Positions 48,688 through 57,671 of a DNA stretch of 64,000 nt are shown one piece after another. A program made the position numbers and the translations under genes. The stretch is from contig OY969112.1 of NCBI GenBank assembly GCA_963698025.1, positions 1,861,200-1,925,199 on the forward strand, read 5' to 3'. The notes beneath the pieces are model-generated. The model was not told the origin of the DNA. It ran no database searches and was given only the letters and a program-made list of their open reading frames with translations. The stretch comes from an uncultured Acidobacteriota bacterium (GTDB lineage: Bacteria; Acidobacteriota; Thermoanaerobaculia; Multivoradales; UBA5704). Position 1 is the stretch's first letter. Each line of letters begins with the position of its first letter.

Positions 48688-50475
48688 GTGCCCGCGCAAG
48701 CCCGCTCCGCCGTGCTGTTCGCCGTTCTTCTGCTCTCTCTGTCCGCCGCGTCATTCGCGGCGGATTCCCAGGACGTGGACCTCCAGTGGGGAGTCCGCAT
48801 CCCCATGCGCGATGGCGTCGAGCTGGCGGCCACGGTCTTCCGGCCGTCGGGCCAGAAGGAGCCGCTTCCCGTCATCTTCACCCTCACCCCCTATATCGCG
48901 GACAGCTACGAGGACCGCGCGATCTACTTCGCCCGCCATGGCTACGTCTACGCGCTGGTGGACGTCCGCGGGCGGGGCAACTCGGGGGGCGCGTTCACCC
49001 CCTTCGCCCAGGAGGCGCACGACGGCTACGACGCCGTCGAGTGGCTCGCCCGCCAGCCGTGGTCCAACGGCAAGGTGGCGATGTGGGGTGGCTCCTACGC
49101 GGGATACGACCAGTGGGCCACCGCCAAAGAGCGCCCGCCCCACCTGGCCACCATCGTCCCCGCGGCCGCGGTCCACCCCGGGGTCGACTTCCCGCTCTTC
49201 CGCAACGTCTTCTACACCTACGACATGCAGTGGCTGACCTACACCAGCGGCCGGACCAAGAACACCCTCCTGTTCGGCGAAGGTCTCTTCTGGACCCAGA
49301 AGTTCCGCGAGCTCTATCTCTCCCATCGCCCCTTCCGCGAGCTCGACCGCATCGTCGGCAACCCGAGCCCCACGTTCCAGCAGTGGCTCTCCCACCCCAC
49401 CTACGACGACTACTGGCGGGCCATGAACCCCACGCCGGAGCAGCTCGCGAAGATCGACCTGCCCATCCTCACCATCACCGGCCATTACGACGGCGATCAG
49501 CTCGGCGCGCTGACTTTCTACCGCGACCACCTGCGCCTCGCCTCCCCGGCGGCCCGCGATCGCCACTACCTGATCGTCGGCCCCTGGGATCACGCCGGCA
49601 CCCGCACGCCGAACGCCAAAGTGGGGGGCCTGACCTTCGACGACGCGAGCGTCCTCGACCTCAACGCGCTGCACAAGGAGTGGTACGACTGGACGATGAA
49701 GGACGGCCCCCGCCCCGCTTTCCTCGAGAAGAAGGTGGCCTATTACGTGGCCGGCGCCGGGACCGAGACGTGGAAGCGCGCCGACTCCCTGGAGGAGATC
49801 GGCTCCGATCGGCGCACCCTCTATCTCGGTGCCAGCTCTTCATCCGATACGGGCCAGGCCGCGGACGCCTTCCACTCCGGCCGCCTCGCGGCCGCCAGAC
49901 CCGCGGCGACGGCCCCGCCCGGCCGCTACGTCTACGATCCGCTCGACGTCCACTCGGCCGACGACCTCGAGAATTTCACCCCGGGGGCCCTCGTCGATCA
50001 GAGCGACGCCCTCGGCAAGCTCGGCAACGGCGCCGTCTATCACAGCGAGCCGTTCCCCGAGGCGACCGAGATCTCCGGGCAGGTGAAGCTCACCCTCTGG
50101 ATGGCCCTCGACGTCCCCGACACCGACTTCGAGGCCGACCTCTACGAGATCCTGCCGTACGGCGGCAGCGTCCGCCTCGCCTCGGACTTCCTGCGCGCCC
50201 GCTACCGCGGCTCGCTGGAGAAGGAGACGCCGGTGCCCAGGGGGGAGATCGTGCGCTACGACTTCACCGCCTTCTCCTGGTTCTCCCGCCGGGTCGCCAA
50301 GGGGAGCCGGCTGCGCCTGGTGGTCTCCTGCCCCAACTCGATCGACTTCGAGAAGAACTACAACTCGGGCGGCGTGGTGGCCGGCGAGACGGCCAAGGAC
50401 GCCCGTACGGCCCACGTCGCCATCTACCACGACGCCAGGCATCCGAGCGCTCTGGAGATCCCTATCGTGCACTGA
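48688..50475 (+). CDS. CocE/NonD family hydrolase (S15 X-Pro dipeptidyl-peptidase-like), secreted
   Basis: It has a signal peptide and the nucleophile elbow GGSYAG. The family block FTLTPYIADSYEDRAIYFARHGYVYALVDVRGRGNSGG is present. The start is GTG. Confidence 0.9.
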   Translation: MPAQARSAVLFAVLLLSLSAASFAADSQDVDLQWGVRIPMRDGVELAATVFRPSGQKEPLPVIFTLTPYIADSYEDRAIYFARHGYVYALVDVRGRGNSGGAFTPFAQEAHDGYDAVEWLARQPWSNGKVAMWGGSYAGYDQWATAKERPPHLATIVPAAAVHPGVDFPLFRNVFYTYDMQWLTYTSGRTKNTLLFGEGLFWTQKFRELYLSHRPFRELDRIVGNPSPTFQQWLSHPTYDDYWRAMNPTPEQLAKIDLPILTITGHYDGDQLGALTFYRDHLRLASPAARDRHYLIVGPWDHAGTRTPNAKVGGLTFDDASVLDLNALHKEWYDWTMKDGPRPAFLEKKVAYYVAGAGTETWKRADSLEEIGSDRRTLYLGASSSSDTGQAADAFHSGRLAAARPAATAPPGRYVYDPLDVHSADDLENFTPGALVDQSDALGKLGNGAVYHSEPFPEATEISGQVKLTLWMALDVPDTDFEADLYEILPYGGSVRLASDFLRARYRGSLEKETPVPRGEIVRYDFTAFSWFSRRVAKGSRLRLVVSCPNSIDFEKNYNSGGVVAGETAKDARTAHVAIYHDARHPSALEIPIVH

Positions 50476-50581
50476 GCCGTCTTGGGGTAGGATTCCTTCA
50501 GCGTTTCTGGAATGACACTTCCGCCGGCGGAACCGGGGCCCTGAGGCCCGGCGGTTCCGTCCGGTTGAAAGGAGAGCGAGC

Positions 50582-50917
50582 ATGGCTGGAAAGTTCGAGC
50601 TGAAGAAGTCGAGCGACGGGCAGTTCCGCTTCAATCTCAAGGCGGGCAACGGACAGGTGATCCTCACGAGCGAGCTCTACACCGAGAAGCGGGGCGCGCT
50701 CAGCGGCATCGAGTCGGTCAAGCGCAACGCGCCGATCGACGAGCGCTACGAGCGCAAGGAGACCAAGAAGGGGGACCCCTACTTCGTCCTCAAGGCCTCC
50801 AACGGCCAGGTGGTCGGCCAGAGCGAGAGCTACTCCTCCGCTTCCGCCATGGAAGGCGGCATCGAGTCGGTGAAGAAGAGCGCGCCGGACGCCGAGACGG
50901 ACGACCAGACGGCCTGA
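50582..50917 (+). CDS. YegP / DUF1508 (UPF0339) family protein, tandem-domain form
   Basis: There are two DUF1508 repeats: KFELKKSSDGQFRFNLKAGNGQVILTSE and YFVLKASNGQVVGQSE. Confidence 0.9.
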   Translation: MAGKFELKKSSDGQFRFNLKAGNGQVILTSELYTEKRGALSGIESVKRNAPIDERYERKETKKGDPYFVLKASNGQVVGQSESYSSASAMEGGIESVKKSAPDAETDDQTA

Positions 50918-50927
50918 ACCCCTGCCC

Positions 50928-50995
50928 CCAGGGCGACCGCAGGTCGCCCCTACAACCTCCGTCGCGATCCGTTGTAGGGGCGACCTGCGGTCGCC
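50928..50995. repeat. REP family B inverted pair
   Basis: Same unit as at 32445. It lies directly downstream of the helicase gene. Confidence 0.85.
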
Positions 50996-51025
50996 CGGCG
51001 CCGCTGGTTTCTTGCAGGCCCGCCC

Positions 51026-53002
51026 CTACCGCCCCCCATACCAGACCCGCCGGAAGGTTTCGTAGCCCAGCGGCGGCCGGTCGCCGCGGAAGTTGTCCTC
51101 GCAGTCGATCACCACGCAGGTCTCGGTGCCGCCGAACTTCGGACCGCGCAGGCCGCGGCCGACGATCTGCTCGTAGAGAACCCGGCTCACCGTCGGCCGC
51201 GCCATCACCACGTGCGTCACCCGCGGGGCGTCGAAGCCGGTGGTCAGCACCTCGCAGTTGCACAGCACGCGCAGCTCCCCCTGCTTGAAGTCGTTCACCA
51301 CCTGCCTGCGGGTGACGTCGCGGGTGACGCCGCTCAGCACCGCCGCCGGTGCTCCGGCCTGCCGCAGCAGGAAGGCCATGCACTCGGCGTCGCGGACGCT
51401 GGGCCCGAAGTAGAGAATGGAATTGGCCGGATCGCCGGCCAGCGGCAGCAGGTGCTGCAGGATCACCAGCCGCCGGGGGGTGTTGTCGGTGCGGATGGCC
51501 AGGATGCGGTCCAGACGCTCCAGCTCCTGCTCGGAGAGGAGCGGCGAGGTGGGCGGGTCCGGCAGGCGGATCGTCGTCGGCGTCCGGATCGTCTCGAAGA
51601 CCGGCCGCGCCAGCACTCCCATCTCCTGGAGGGTGATCCGGGGGCTCTCGCCGAGCGTGCGAACGGGCTCCACCAGACGGTGGAAGATCTCTTTCAGCTC
51701 GCGCGTCCCCTCCTCGGGATCGTCCCCCAGGTACTCCATGCGGAACGGCGTCGCGGTGAGCCCCACGACCGAGACCCGCCGGTCCGGCGGCGCCAGCGCC
51801 TCCAGGATTCGCCTATAGGAGGGTGCCGCCGCGCGGTGCGCCTCGTCGATGACCACCAGCCCGAGCGCGCCCCTCAGGTCCGCCAGCACGGCTTCGCTCC
51901 CCTGGGCGCGCCCCTCCAGCAGGCCGACCAGCCGGTGCGGCGTCGTCACCAGCACGCTCGGCCGCTGGAGGGAGCGCCGCAGGGTCTGGTGGTGGGCGTG
52001 GAGATCCGACGTGTGGGAACCCCAGAAACGGATCATCGTGGTGGGGACCACGTCCTCCTGGGATTCCCAGACCTGCTTGCAACAGGCGCAGGCCTGCTCG
52101 CACAGCTCCTCGGTATGGGCCAGCCAGAGGACGGTGCCGCGATCGGCCAGATCGCGCTCGCGGTCGTAGCGGTCGAACATCCACCAGGCGATGCTCTCCA
52201 CCGCCACCCGCGTCTTGCCGCTCCCCGTGGGCAGGGCCACCAGACAGCGCCGGCCGAGCGGCTCCTGGAGAGTTTCGAGCACGCCGCGCTGCACCTCCCG
52301 CTGGAACGGCTGCAAGGGGCGCAGACGGAACCGCCCCTCCAGATATTCGAGATCGGGCGGCACCTCCGGGGCCGGCACGCCGGCGAGCTCCGGCGGGAAC
52401 TCCACCTGGGCCACGAACTCGCTCGCCGACGGCTTGCCCGGATGCCAGCGCCGCGGCGCCGGCCGGCCCGTGACGCGCGCCACCGCCTCCCGCGTCTTGA
52501 GATCGCCGAACAGGTCCACCCCGTGCTGAAGCGCCAGGGCGGTGGCCAGCTCCCGCTTGGTGCCCCGGCGGTCCACCCCCTCGAACTCCCGGCGCGCCTG
52601 GCGAAGGGTATAGAGGAGAGAGCCCAGCAGCTCCTCCAGCTCGGCATGCTGGAGCAGCTCGGCCAGCCGCTCGACCGTCCGCGCCTCCCAATCCGCCCGC
52701 AGCAGGATCGGCCGGGCCGTCTCCTCGTCGGGGAGGCGCCCGCGGCGCCGCCGGGCCTCGAATCCTCCCTTGCCGGGAGGTCCGGGCTCGATCTCGGGAT
52801 TCCGCGCCAGGACCCGCTGGAGCTCCCGGTACTCCTCCTCCCCCAACCCCCAGGCCTCGAGGATCTCCTCCTTGCTCAAGCCGCCGGTGTCGAGGACGGA
52901 GCGGGCGATTTCAGAAGAGGCGTAGGATTCCACAGTGGCGGCAAGCGATAATTTTTTCCATCTTATCGCGAGATCGGCGTGCGTGCCTGCGACCGCCGGC
53001 AA
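51026..53002 (-). CDS. SF2 DEAD/DEAH-box helicase family protein (ResIII-like helicase core) with a ~200-aa N-terminal extension
   Basis: Motif I is LPTGSGKTRVA and motif II is VVIDEAHRAA. The C-terminal helicase block is LTTGFDAPRVTHVVMARP ... QIVGRGLRG. The start is uncertain. Confidence 0.85.
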   Translation of the reverse strand: MPAVAGTHADLAIRWKKLSLAATVESYASSEIARSVLDTGGLSKEEILEAWGLGEEEYRELQRVLARNPEIEPGPPGKGGFEARRRRGRLPDEETARPILLRADWEARTVERLAELLQHAELEELLGSLLYTLRQARREFEGVDRRGTKRELATALALQHGVDLFGDLKTREAVARVTGRPAPRRWHPGKPSASEFVAQVEFPPELAGVPAPEVPPDLEYLEGRFRLRPLQPFQREVQRGVLETLQEPLGRRCLVALPTGSGKTRVAVESIAWWMFDRYDRERDLADRGTVLWLAHTEELCEQACACCKQVWESQEDVVPTTMIRFWGSHTSDLHAHHQTLRRSLQRPSVLVTTPHRLVGLLEGRAQGSEAVLADLRGALGLVVIDEAHRAAAPSYRRILEALAPPDRRVSVVGLTATPFRMEYLGDDPEEGTRELKEIFHRLVEPVRTLGESPRITLQEMGVLARPVFETIRTPTTIRLPDPPTSPLLSEQELERLDRILAIRTDNTPRRLVILQHLLPLAGDPANSILYFGPSVRDAECMAFLLRQAGAPAAVLSGVTRDVTRRQVVNDFKQGELRVLCNCEVLTTGFDAPRVTHVVMARPTVSRVLYEQIVGRGLRGPKFGGTETCVVIDCEDNFRGDRPPLGYETFRRVWYGGR

Positions 53003-53039
53003 GGTTTGCCAGTCCGCCCCATCCGGACGACGCGCCGTT

Positions 53040-53110
53040 GAGGGCGACCGCAGGTCGCCCCTACAACCGCGGCCGGGATCTGTTGTAGGGGCGACCTGCG
53101 GTCGCCCTCA
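53040..53110. repeat. REP family B inverted pair
   Basis: Same unit as at 32445. It lies directly upstream of the helicase gene. Confidence 0.85.
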
Positions 53111-53196
53111 ACGGCGCCGTTACCGGATCGTCCCGCTCCACGAACGCTCAACCAAATGGTTGACAATACCCTCTCACCGACCCTATCCTCAACCAC

Positions 53197-53535
53197 ATGG
53201 TTGAGCAAACGTCCGAGCACCTCGACTCCGTCTTCCACGCCCTGGCCGATCCCACGCGCCGGGAGATGCTGCGCAGTCTCGCCGTGCGGGAACGTACCGT
53301 CAGCGAGCTGGCGGGGCCGTTCCGGATGTCGCTGGCGGCCGCCTCCAAGCACGTCAAGACCCTGGAGCGCGCCGGCCTGGTGCGGCGCACGGTCCAGGGG
53401 CGCACACACGTCTGCCGCCTCGATCCCCAGCCCTTGGCCGGCGCCCACGAATGGCTCAATTTCTACGAGCGCTTCTGGAGCGAGCGGCTGGATGCCCTCG
53501 AAGCCCTGTTCCACCATCCCGACAAGGAGACATGA
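53197..53535 (+). CDS. ArsR/SmtB family transcriptional regulator
   Basis: The HTH_ArsR core is ALADPTRREMLRSLAVRERTVSELAG ... SKHVKTLERAGLV. Confidence 0.9.
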   Translation: MVEQTSEHLDSVFHALADPTRREMLRSLAVRERTVSELAGPFRMSLAAASKHVKTLERAGLVRRTVQGRTHVCRLDPQPLAGAHEWLNFYERFWSERLDALEALFHHPDKET

Positions 53536-53538
53536 CCC

Positions 53539-54006
53539 ATGGACACGCCCGCGCCTTCGGCCACCTTCGTTCGCACCGTCAAAGCCCCAGCCCGGGAGGT
53601 CTTCGCGGCCTGGATCGACCCCCAGCTCCTCCTGCGCTGGCTGGCGCCCAGCCCCTTCGGCGCGGGGACCGCGGAGGTCGACGCGCGCGTCGGCGGCCGG
53701 TATCGCATCGAAACGCCGGGCCAGGACGGCGAGCTGCACGTCACCACCGGCGAGTACCGGGAGCTGGTGCCGGGCCGGCGCCTGGTGCAGACCTGGGTCT
53801 ACGAAGGCCCGATGGCCGTGGCGAGGGGGTTCGAGACGCTGCTGACCGTGGAGCTGCGGGAGCTCGCGCCGGACCTCACCGAGCTGACCCTCCGCCACGA
53901 GCGCCTCCCGAACGCCGAGTACGGCGATCTCCTCCAGAAGGGGTGGACCGCCTGCCTGGACCGGCTGGAAGCGCTCTACGTGGAGGATCGCGTCACGCCG
54001 GCGTGA
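53539..54006 (+). CDS. SRPBCC (AHSA1 / activator-of-Hsp90-ATPase-like) domain protein
   Basis: This domain architecture is typical of genes paired with ArsR regulators. The motif VKAPAREVFAAWIDPQLLLRW is present. Confidence 0.9.
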   Translation: MDTPAPSATFVRTVKAPAREVFAAWIDPQLLLRWLAPSPFGAGTAEVDARVGGRYRIETPGQDGELHVTTGEYRELVPGRRLVQTWVYEGPMAVARGFETLLTVELRELAPDLTELTLRHERLPNAEYGDLLQKGWTACLDRLEALYVEDRVTPA

Positions 54007-54159
54007 GCGTCGCCGCCGGTCGAAAAAAGAGGGGGCTCCGGCACGCGGGCGCGGAGCCCCGTCAATCCGCCCAGGACTGCTTTGGGTCGTGCCCTAACCC
54101 GGTGTGGATGATCCGGGAGGCGGGATTATCGGCCCCACTGGTCTGACTGCATCCCATCA

Positions 54160-54320
54160 GGGATTAGCAGGCTCCGCTGTTGCAGGTAGTAAAAGTCCCG
54201 CAACCGATGACGGTGGCCCTCCCGCGACCTGTTCGAGGCCGCTTTCGAGATTGATCAGGGTCTCCTCCTTCCCCAGTACCAGCTTCTGTCCCCGGCGGTA
54301 CAACGAGCAACATGCGGCCC
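54160..54320 (-). pseudogene. Relic of a fourth GG-leader precursor peptide, disrupted by frameshifts
   Basis: On the minus strand, one frame reads QKLVLGKEETLINLESGLEQVAGG, which is leader-like. A second frame, shifted +2, continues as ATVIGCGTFTTCNSGAC followed by a stop, which is core-like. The only ATG is in the core frame. Confidence 0.35.
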
Positions 54321-54514
54321 CACCGGTGCTCGGGCACCCCCAGGTGCCCCCGCCAAGGTTGGAGACAAGCGCGGCGGCCGGTGCGGGGACCGGTGTTCGG
54401 GGATCAGCCTGGCCTCGCCTGGAGAGGGATTCGAGCAGCGCCGGCAGCGCTTCAGGATGCACTAGAATCCCTGGGCCGGGGATTCCTCCCCGGCGCTACC
54501 AGGAAGGACGAGCC

Positions 54515-54652
54515 ATGAAGAAGGCGAGCGTGAAGAAGATGGTGCTGAACAAGGAGACGCTACGGGGCCTGGAGCCCTCCTCGCTTGAGCAGATCTTAGG
54601 CGGGATGGATGACTCCGGCGCGCAAACCTGCCTGAACGCTGGCTGCTTATAA
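54515..54652 (+). CDS. RiPP / bacteriocin-like precursor peptide B with a double-glycine leader (45 aa)
   Basis: The ribosome-binding site AGGAAGGA precedes the ATG. The leader is MKKASVKKMVLNKETLRGLEPSSLEQILGG and the core is MDDSGAQTCLNAGCL. Confidence 0.6.
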   Translation: MKKASVKKMVLNKETLRGLEPSSLEQILGGMDDSGAQTCLNAGCL

Positions 54653-54800
54653 ACAACCAGGAGGAGACGCGCTCCCCCGAGCGCGGGGGGAGCGCTACCG
54701 CAGGTCCTGAGCTACCACAGGCCTTCCCTTTAGCCCTGCCACCCGCACCACCCACATTGAGTTAGGACACCACCGACGCGGCTCAACCAAGGAGAGATCG

Positions 54801-55007
54801 ATGAAGAGAAAGATGCTCGCCCTCGCCATCCTGCTCGGAGCCACCGTTTTCGCCTCCTCGGTCCCCCGTGCCGAGGCTACGTTCTCTTCCGAATGCGGTG
54901 CCCCCTTTTGCAGGTACACGAGCACCGTGTGCTACTGCTCGGCGAGCAGCGAGCACCCGGGCTGGGGAACCACCTGCGGCCAGTGGAAGATCGTGTGTTA
55001 CCAGTAA
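54801..55007 (+). CDS. Small secreted Cys-rich protein (68 aa, Sec signal peptide, 8 Cys)
   Basis: The ribosome-binding site is AAGGAGAG. The signal peptide MKRKMLALAILLGATVFASSVPRAEA is followed by the mature part TFSSECGAPFCRYTSTVCYCSASSEHPGWGTTCGQWKIVCYQ. The 3' tail is duplicated out of frame at 55008-55060 (AATCGGWKIACR). Confidence 0.6.
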   Translation: MKRKMLALAILLGATVFASSVPRAEATFSSECGAPFCRYTSTVCYCSASSEHPGWGTTCGQWKIVCYQ

Positions 55008-55130
55008 GCACCCGTCCGGGCAGCCACCTGCGGCGGTTGGAAGATCGCCTGTCGGTAAAGCCCCGCCTGAACCCTTTCCCGGAGTGACTGGCACTCGACC
55101 GATGGCACCTCACCCCGATCGGAGGCAACC

Positions 55131-55700
55131 ATGACTGTGAATCGACGTTCCCTTCCGTGCGCCCTCGCCCTGGCTGCCGCCGTCACCCTGACACCGGCGG
55201 CGGTGCGAGCCGATGCCGCCGCCACGGCTTCCAAGGTGCCGGCAACCGGCACGGCCGCCCCGGACTTCAGTCTCACCACCAACGAGGGCAAGCCCGCCAG
55301 CCTGAAGGACTATCGGGGGCAGTGGGTGGTGCTCTACTTCTATCCCAAGGATTTCACCGGGGGCTGCACGCTCGAGGCGCACAACTTCCAGCGCGATCTG
55401 GCGAAGTACGAGAAGGCTCACGCGGTCATCCTCGGCGTCAGCGTCGACACCGCCGACTCCCACAAGAGCTTCTGCGCCAAGGAGGGCTTGAGCTTCAAGC
55501 TCCTGTCCGACCCCGACGCGCAGGTCTCGACCCAGTACGGCTCGGTGATGGCGTACAACGGAGCCAAGCTCTCGGCGCGGAACACCTTCCTCGTCGACCC
55601 CGAGGGGAAGATCGTGAAGGAGTTCGTCGGCGTCCACCCGGGCAGCCACAGCGAAGAGGTCCTCGCCGCCCTGGCCACCCTGCAGCGCCACGGATCCTGA
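55131..55700 (+). CDS. Secreted peroxiredoxin (Bcp / PrxQ-type, AhpC/TSA family)
   Basis: A signal peptide is followed by FYPKDFTGGCTLEAHNF, which carries the peroxidatic Cys. Confidence 0.9.
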   Translation: MTVNRRSLPCALALAAAVTLTPAAVRADAAATASKVPATGTAAPDFSLTTNEGKPASLKDYRGQWVVLYFYPKDFTGGCTLEAHNFQRDLAKYEKAHAVILGVSVDTADSHKSFCAKEGLSFKLLSDPDAQVSTQYGSVMAYNGAKLSARNTFLVDPEGKIVKEFVGVHPGSHSEEVLAALATLQRHGS

Positions 55701-55924
55701 TTCCACGTTTTCAGATTGCCAGCCCCAGAGTATCGCCCCTTCGGGGCTGGCCCCACTCCCCCAACCCCCTCTCACCCATCCTCCCCCCCCACCCACTGGG
55801 AGAGAGGGGGCTCGAAGAAGCTCTCTCAGACTAAAATGGGAGAAGAGGGCGGGGTGATGAGGGCCAGTGCCGGGCCGCCGCCGCCGCCGTGCCCTGGCCT
55901 CGTCGCACGACGGACCGCGAAACA

Positions 55925-56385
55925 GGCCTTAGAAGGCGTTCATATATACACTTCGTCGATTTTTATATACGCGAGCCTCACCTGGGCATCGGCGGAGGTC
56001 TTCTCTATATACGAATTGCTCCTGGATATATACAAAACACCGCCAATGAGGGCGGCAACCCCGATTTTTGGCGAATCAGCCTCTCCGGAAAGCTCTCCAA
56101 GGTCTCTGGATATATATAAAGCGCACAAAAATAGTGTTCCCGGAGGCTTGCCGACCTTTTTTTGAGGCATCTCTATATATTCGGAGCAGATTTGTATATA
56201 GGATTGGCTGCTTGGACCCCTTCGAGGGGGACTCTGTATATATTTTTTTCCGTTTTATATATAAAAAGAGGCGCCGGAATCCCTGCGAGCCCCTCAAAAG
56301 GCCGAGTCAGGGCTGCCGGAGCTCTCTCCAGGACAACTCCGTATATATTTTCCTGAGCTTTATATATAAAAAAGGCTCGTGGAAT
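55925..56385. repeat. AT-rich TATATA-box array (at least 11 copies), including two ~45-nt palindromic units (GTATATATTTTT..CC...TTTATATATAAAAA)
   Basis: TATATA(C/T) cores occur at about 55933, 55962, 56010, 56027, 56107, 56175, 56198, 56237, 56262, 56344 and 56366. The surrounding genome is about 70 % GC. No credible ORF is present. Confidence 0.7.
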
Positions 56386-56659
56386 GCTCGCGACGCCCCA
56401 TGCGAGCCTCCGAGTGCCGCCTCACCGCCTTCGGCTTCGCCGAATGAGTGCCCGGCCCCTCTTCCCCCGGGAACTGACCGAGGAGATGGCGGAGATCTTC
56501 CGGGCCCGGGACGTCCACCGCGAGACCCTGGCCGCCCTCGCCGTCTTCCAGGCCGCCGCCGCCCTCGACGTCGCCACCGCCGACCTGGCCCGCGATCTCG
56601 CGGCCTACCTCACCCGCGCCCGTCTGGACCCCGAACTGCGCTTCGAGCGGGAGCGCTGA
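56384..56659 (+). pseudogene. C-terminal fragment (about 70 aa) of the zf-HC2/TPR gene family
   Basis: LTEEMAEIFRARDVHRETLAALAVFQAAAALDVATADLARDLAAYLTRARLDPELRFERER is nearly identical to the C-termini of the proteins at 58492 and 60191. The preceding 19 aa are unrelated. Confidence 0.5.
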
Positions 56660-57195
56660 GCCCGCCCGGCTCGGGGAGCCACGTTTCGGTCCCCGACGGC
56701 TCGGCACCGCTGCCGGTTCGACCGGGGTGTCCGTGGCCCGCCGCGACCTCATCCCTATCCCCTTCTCCTAAAAGGAGAAGGGACGTCTCCGAAGCGTGTG
56801 GCCCGTAGGGTGCGCTGTGCGCACCCCGCTCCCCGCCCCCGCCCTGCAAGGGCGGACGTTGCCCAGCCTGGGTGGCAACCCACCCTCTTACATACAAGTC
56901 GCTGATCTTTGGATTCGGCTGCTCAAGGCAGGAATTCCGGACGCCCGCCCGCAGGGCGGATTTATCCAGCCTGGGGTGTCAACCCCAGGAAGGCGGCCCC
57001 AAGATCGACAAGCCCCGCAGGGCCGGCATGTCTTTGCCGATCGAAGCTCCCGTCGGGGTGTCGGCCCTGCGGGGCTTCCAGGGATGGGAGGGCACCCAGT
57101 CCTGGGGTTCGCTGTTCCTCAGGTTCGGTCAGCAGCCTGCTGACCAAGCCGGAGCGGCTAGCGGTCTCTGCCGGCTGGGCCAGGGCACCTTCCGC

Positions 57196-57540
57196 ATGCC
57201 GGTGACGGACAGCTACCAGCGTCGTTGCGCGGTCACGGGAGAGAAGGCCCTGCCGGTCCTCGACGCCGCCCACATCCTGCCGGTCGGCAAGGGGGGCCAG
57301 CACCGCCTCGACAACAGCCTCCTCCTCCGCACCGACGTCCACCGCCTCTACGACAAGGGCTACGTCACCGTCACCCCGGACGGCCACTTCCTCGTCAGCC
57401 GCCGCCTCAAGGACGACTTCGACAACGGCGAGCCCTACATGCCCTTCCATGGCCAGCGGATCTGGATGCCTGGAGACCCGGGGAGCCAGCCGAACCGGGA
57501 GACGCTGGAGTGGCATGCGGAGGGGGTGTTTTGGGGGTGA
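57196..57540 (+). CDS. HNH nuclease family protein (HNH_2 / restriction-endonuclease-like)
   Basis: The motifs are RRCAVTGEKALPVLDAAHILPV ... LLLRTDVHRLYDKGYVTV. The start is ATG 57196 (MPVTDSYQ). The upstream part of the listed ORF is repeat DNA. Confidence 0.7.
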   Translation: MPVTDSYQRRCAVTGEKALPVLDAAHILPVGKGGQHRLDNSLLLRTDVHRLYDKGYVTVTPDGHFLVSRRLKDDFDNGEPYMPFHGQRIWMPGDPGSQPNRETLEWHAEGVFWG

Positions 57541-57671
57541 GGGGCGCTGATCGGCACTGAATCTCAGACTAGCCGCACGACTCGCCTGGCACCTAATCCC
57601 CCCCCCCGCGGCGGCGAAGCGCCGGGGACCTCTGATGGCGGGTCCAGCCGGCCAATCTCGCATGCCAACAA

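Noticed and set aside
56872-57195. The N-terminal 108 aa of ORF 56872-57540 as part of the HNH protein.
   Set aside because: That stretch is repeat/spacer DNA shared with 61800-62027, is low-complexity, and precedes the conserved ATG (MPVTDSYQ) used by both HNH copies.
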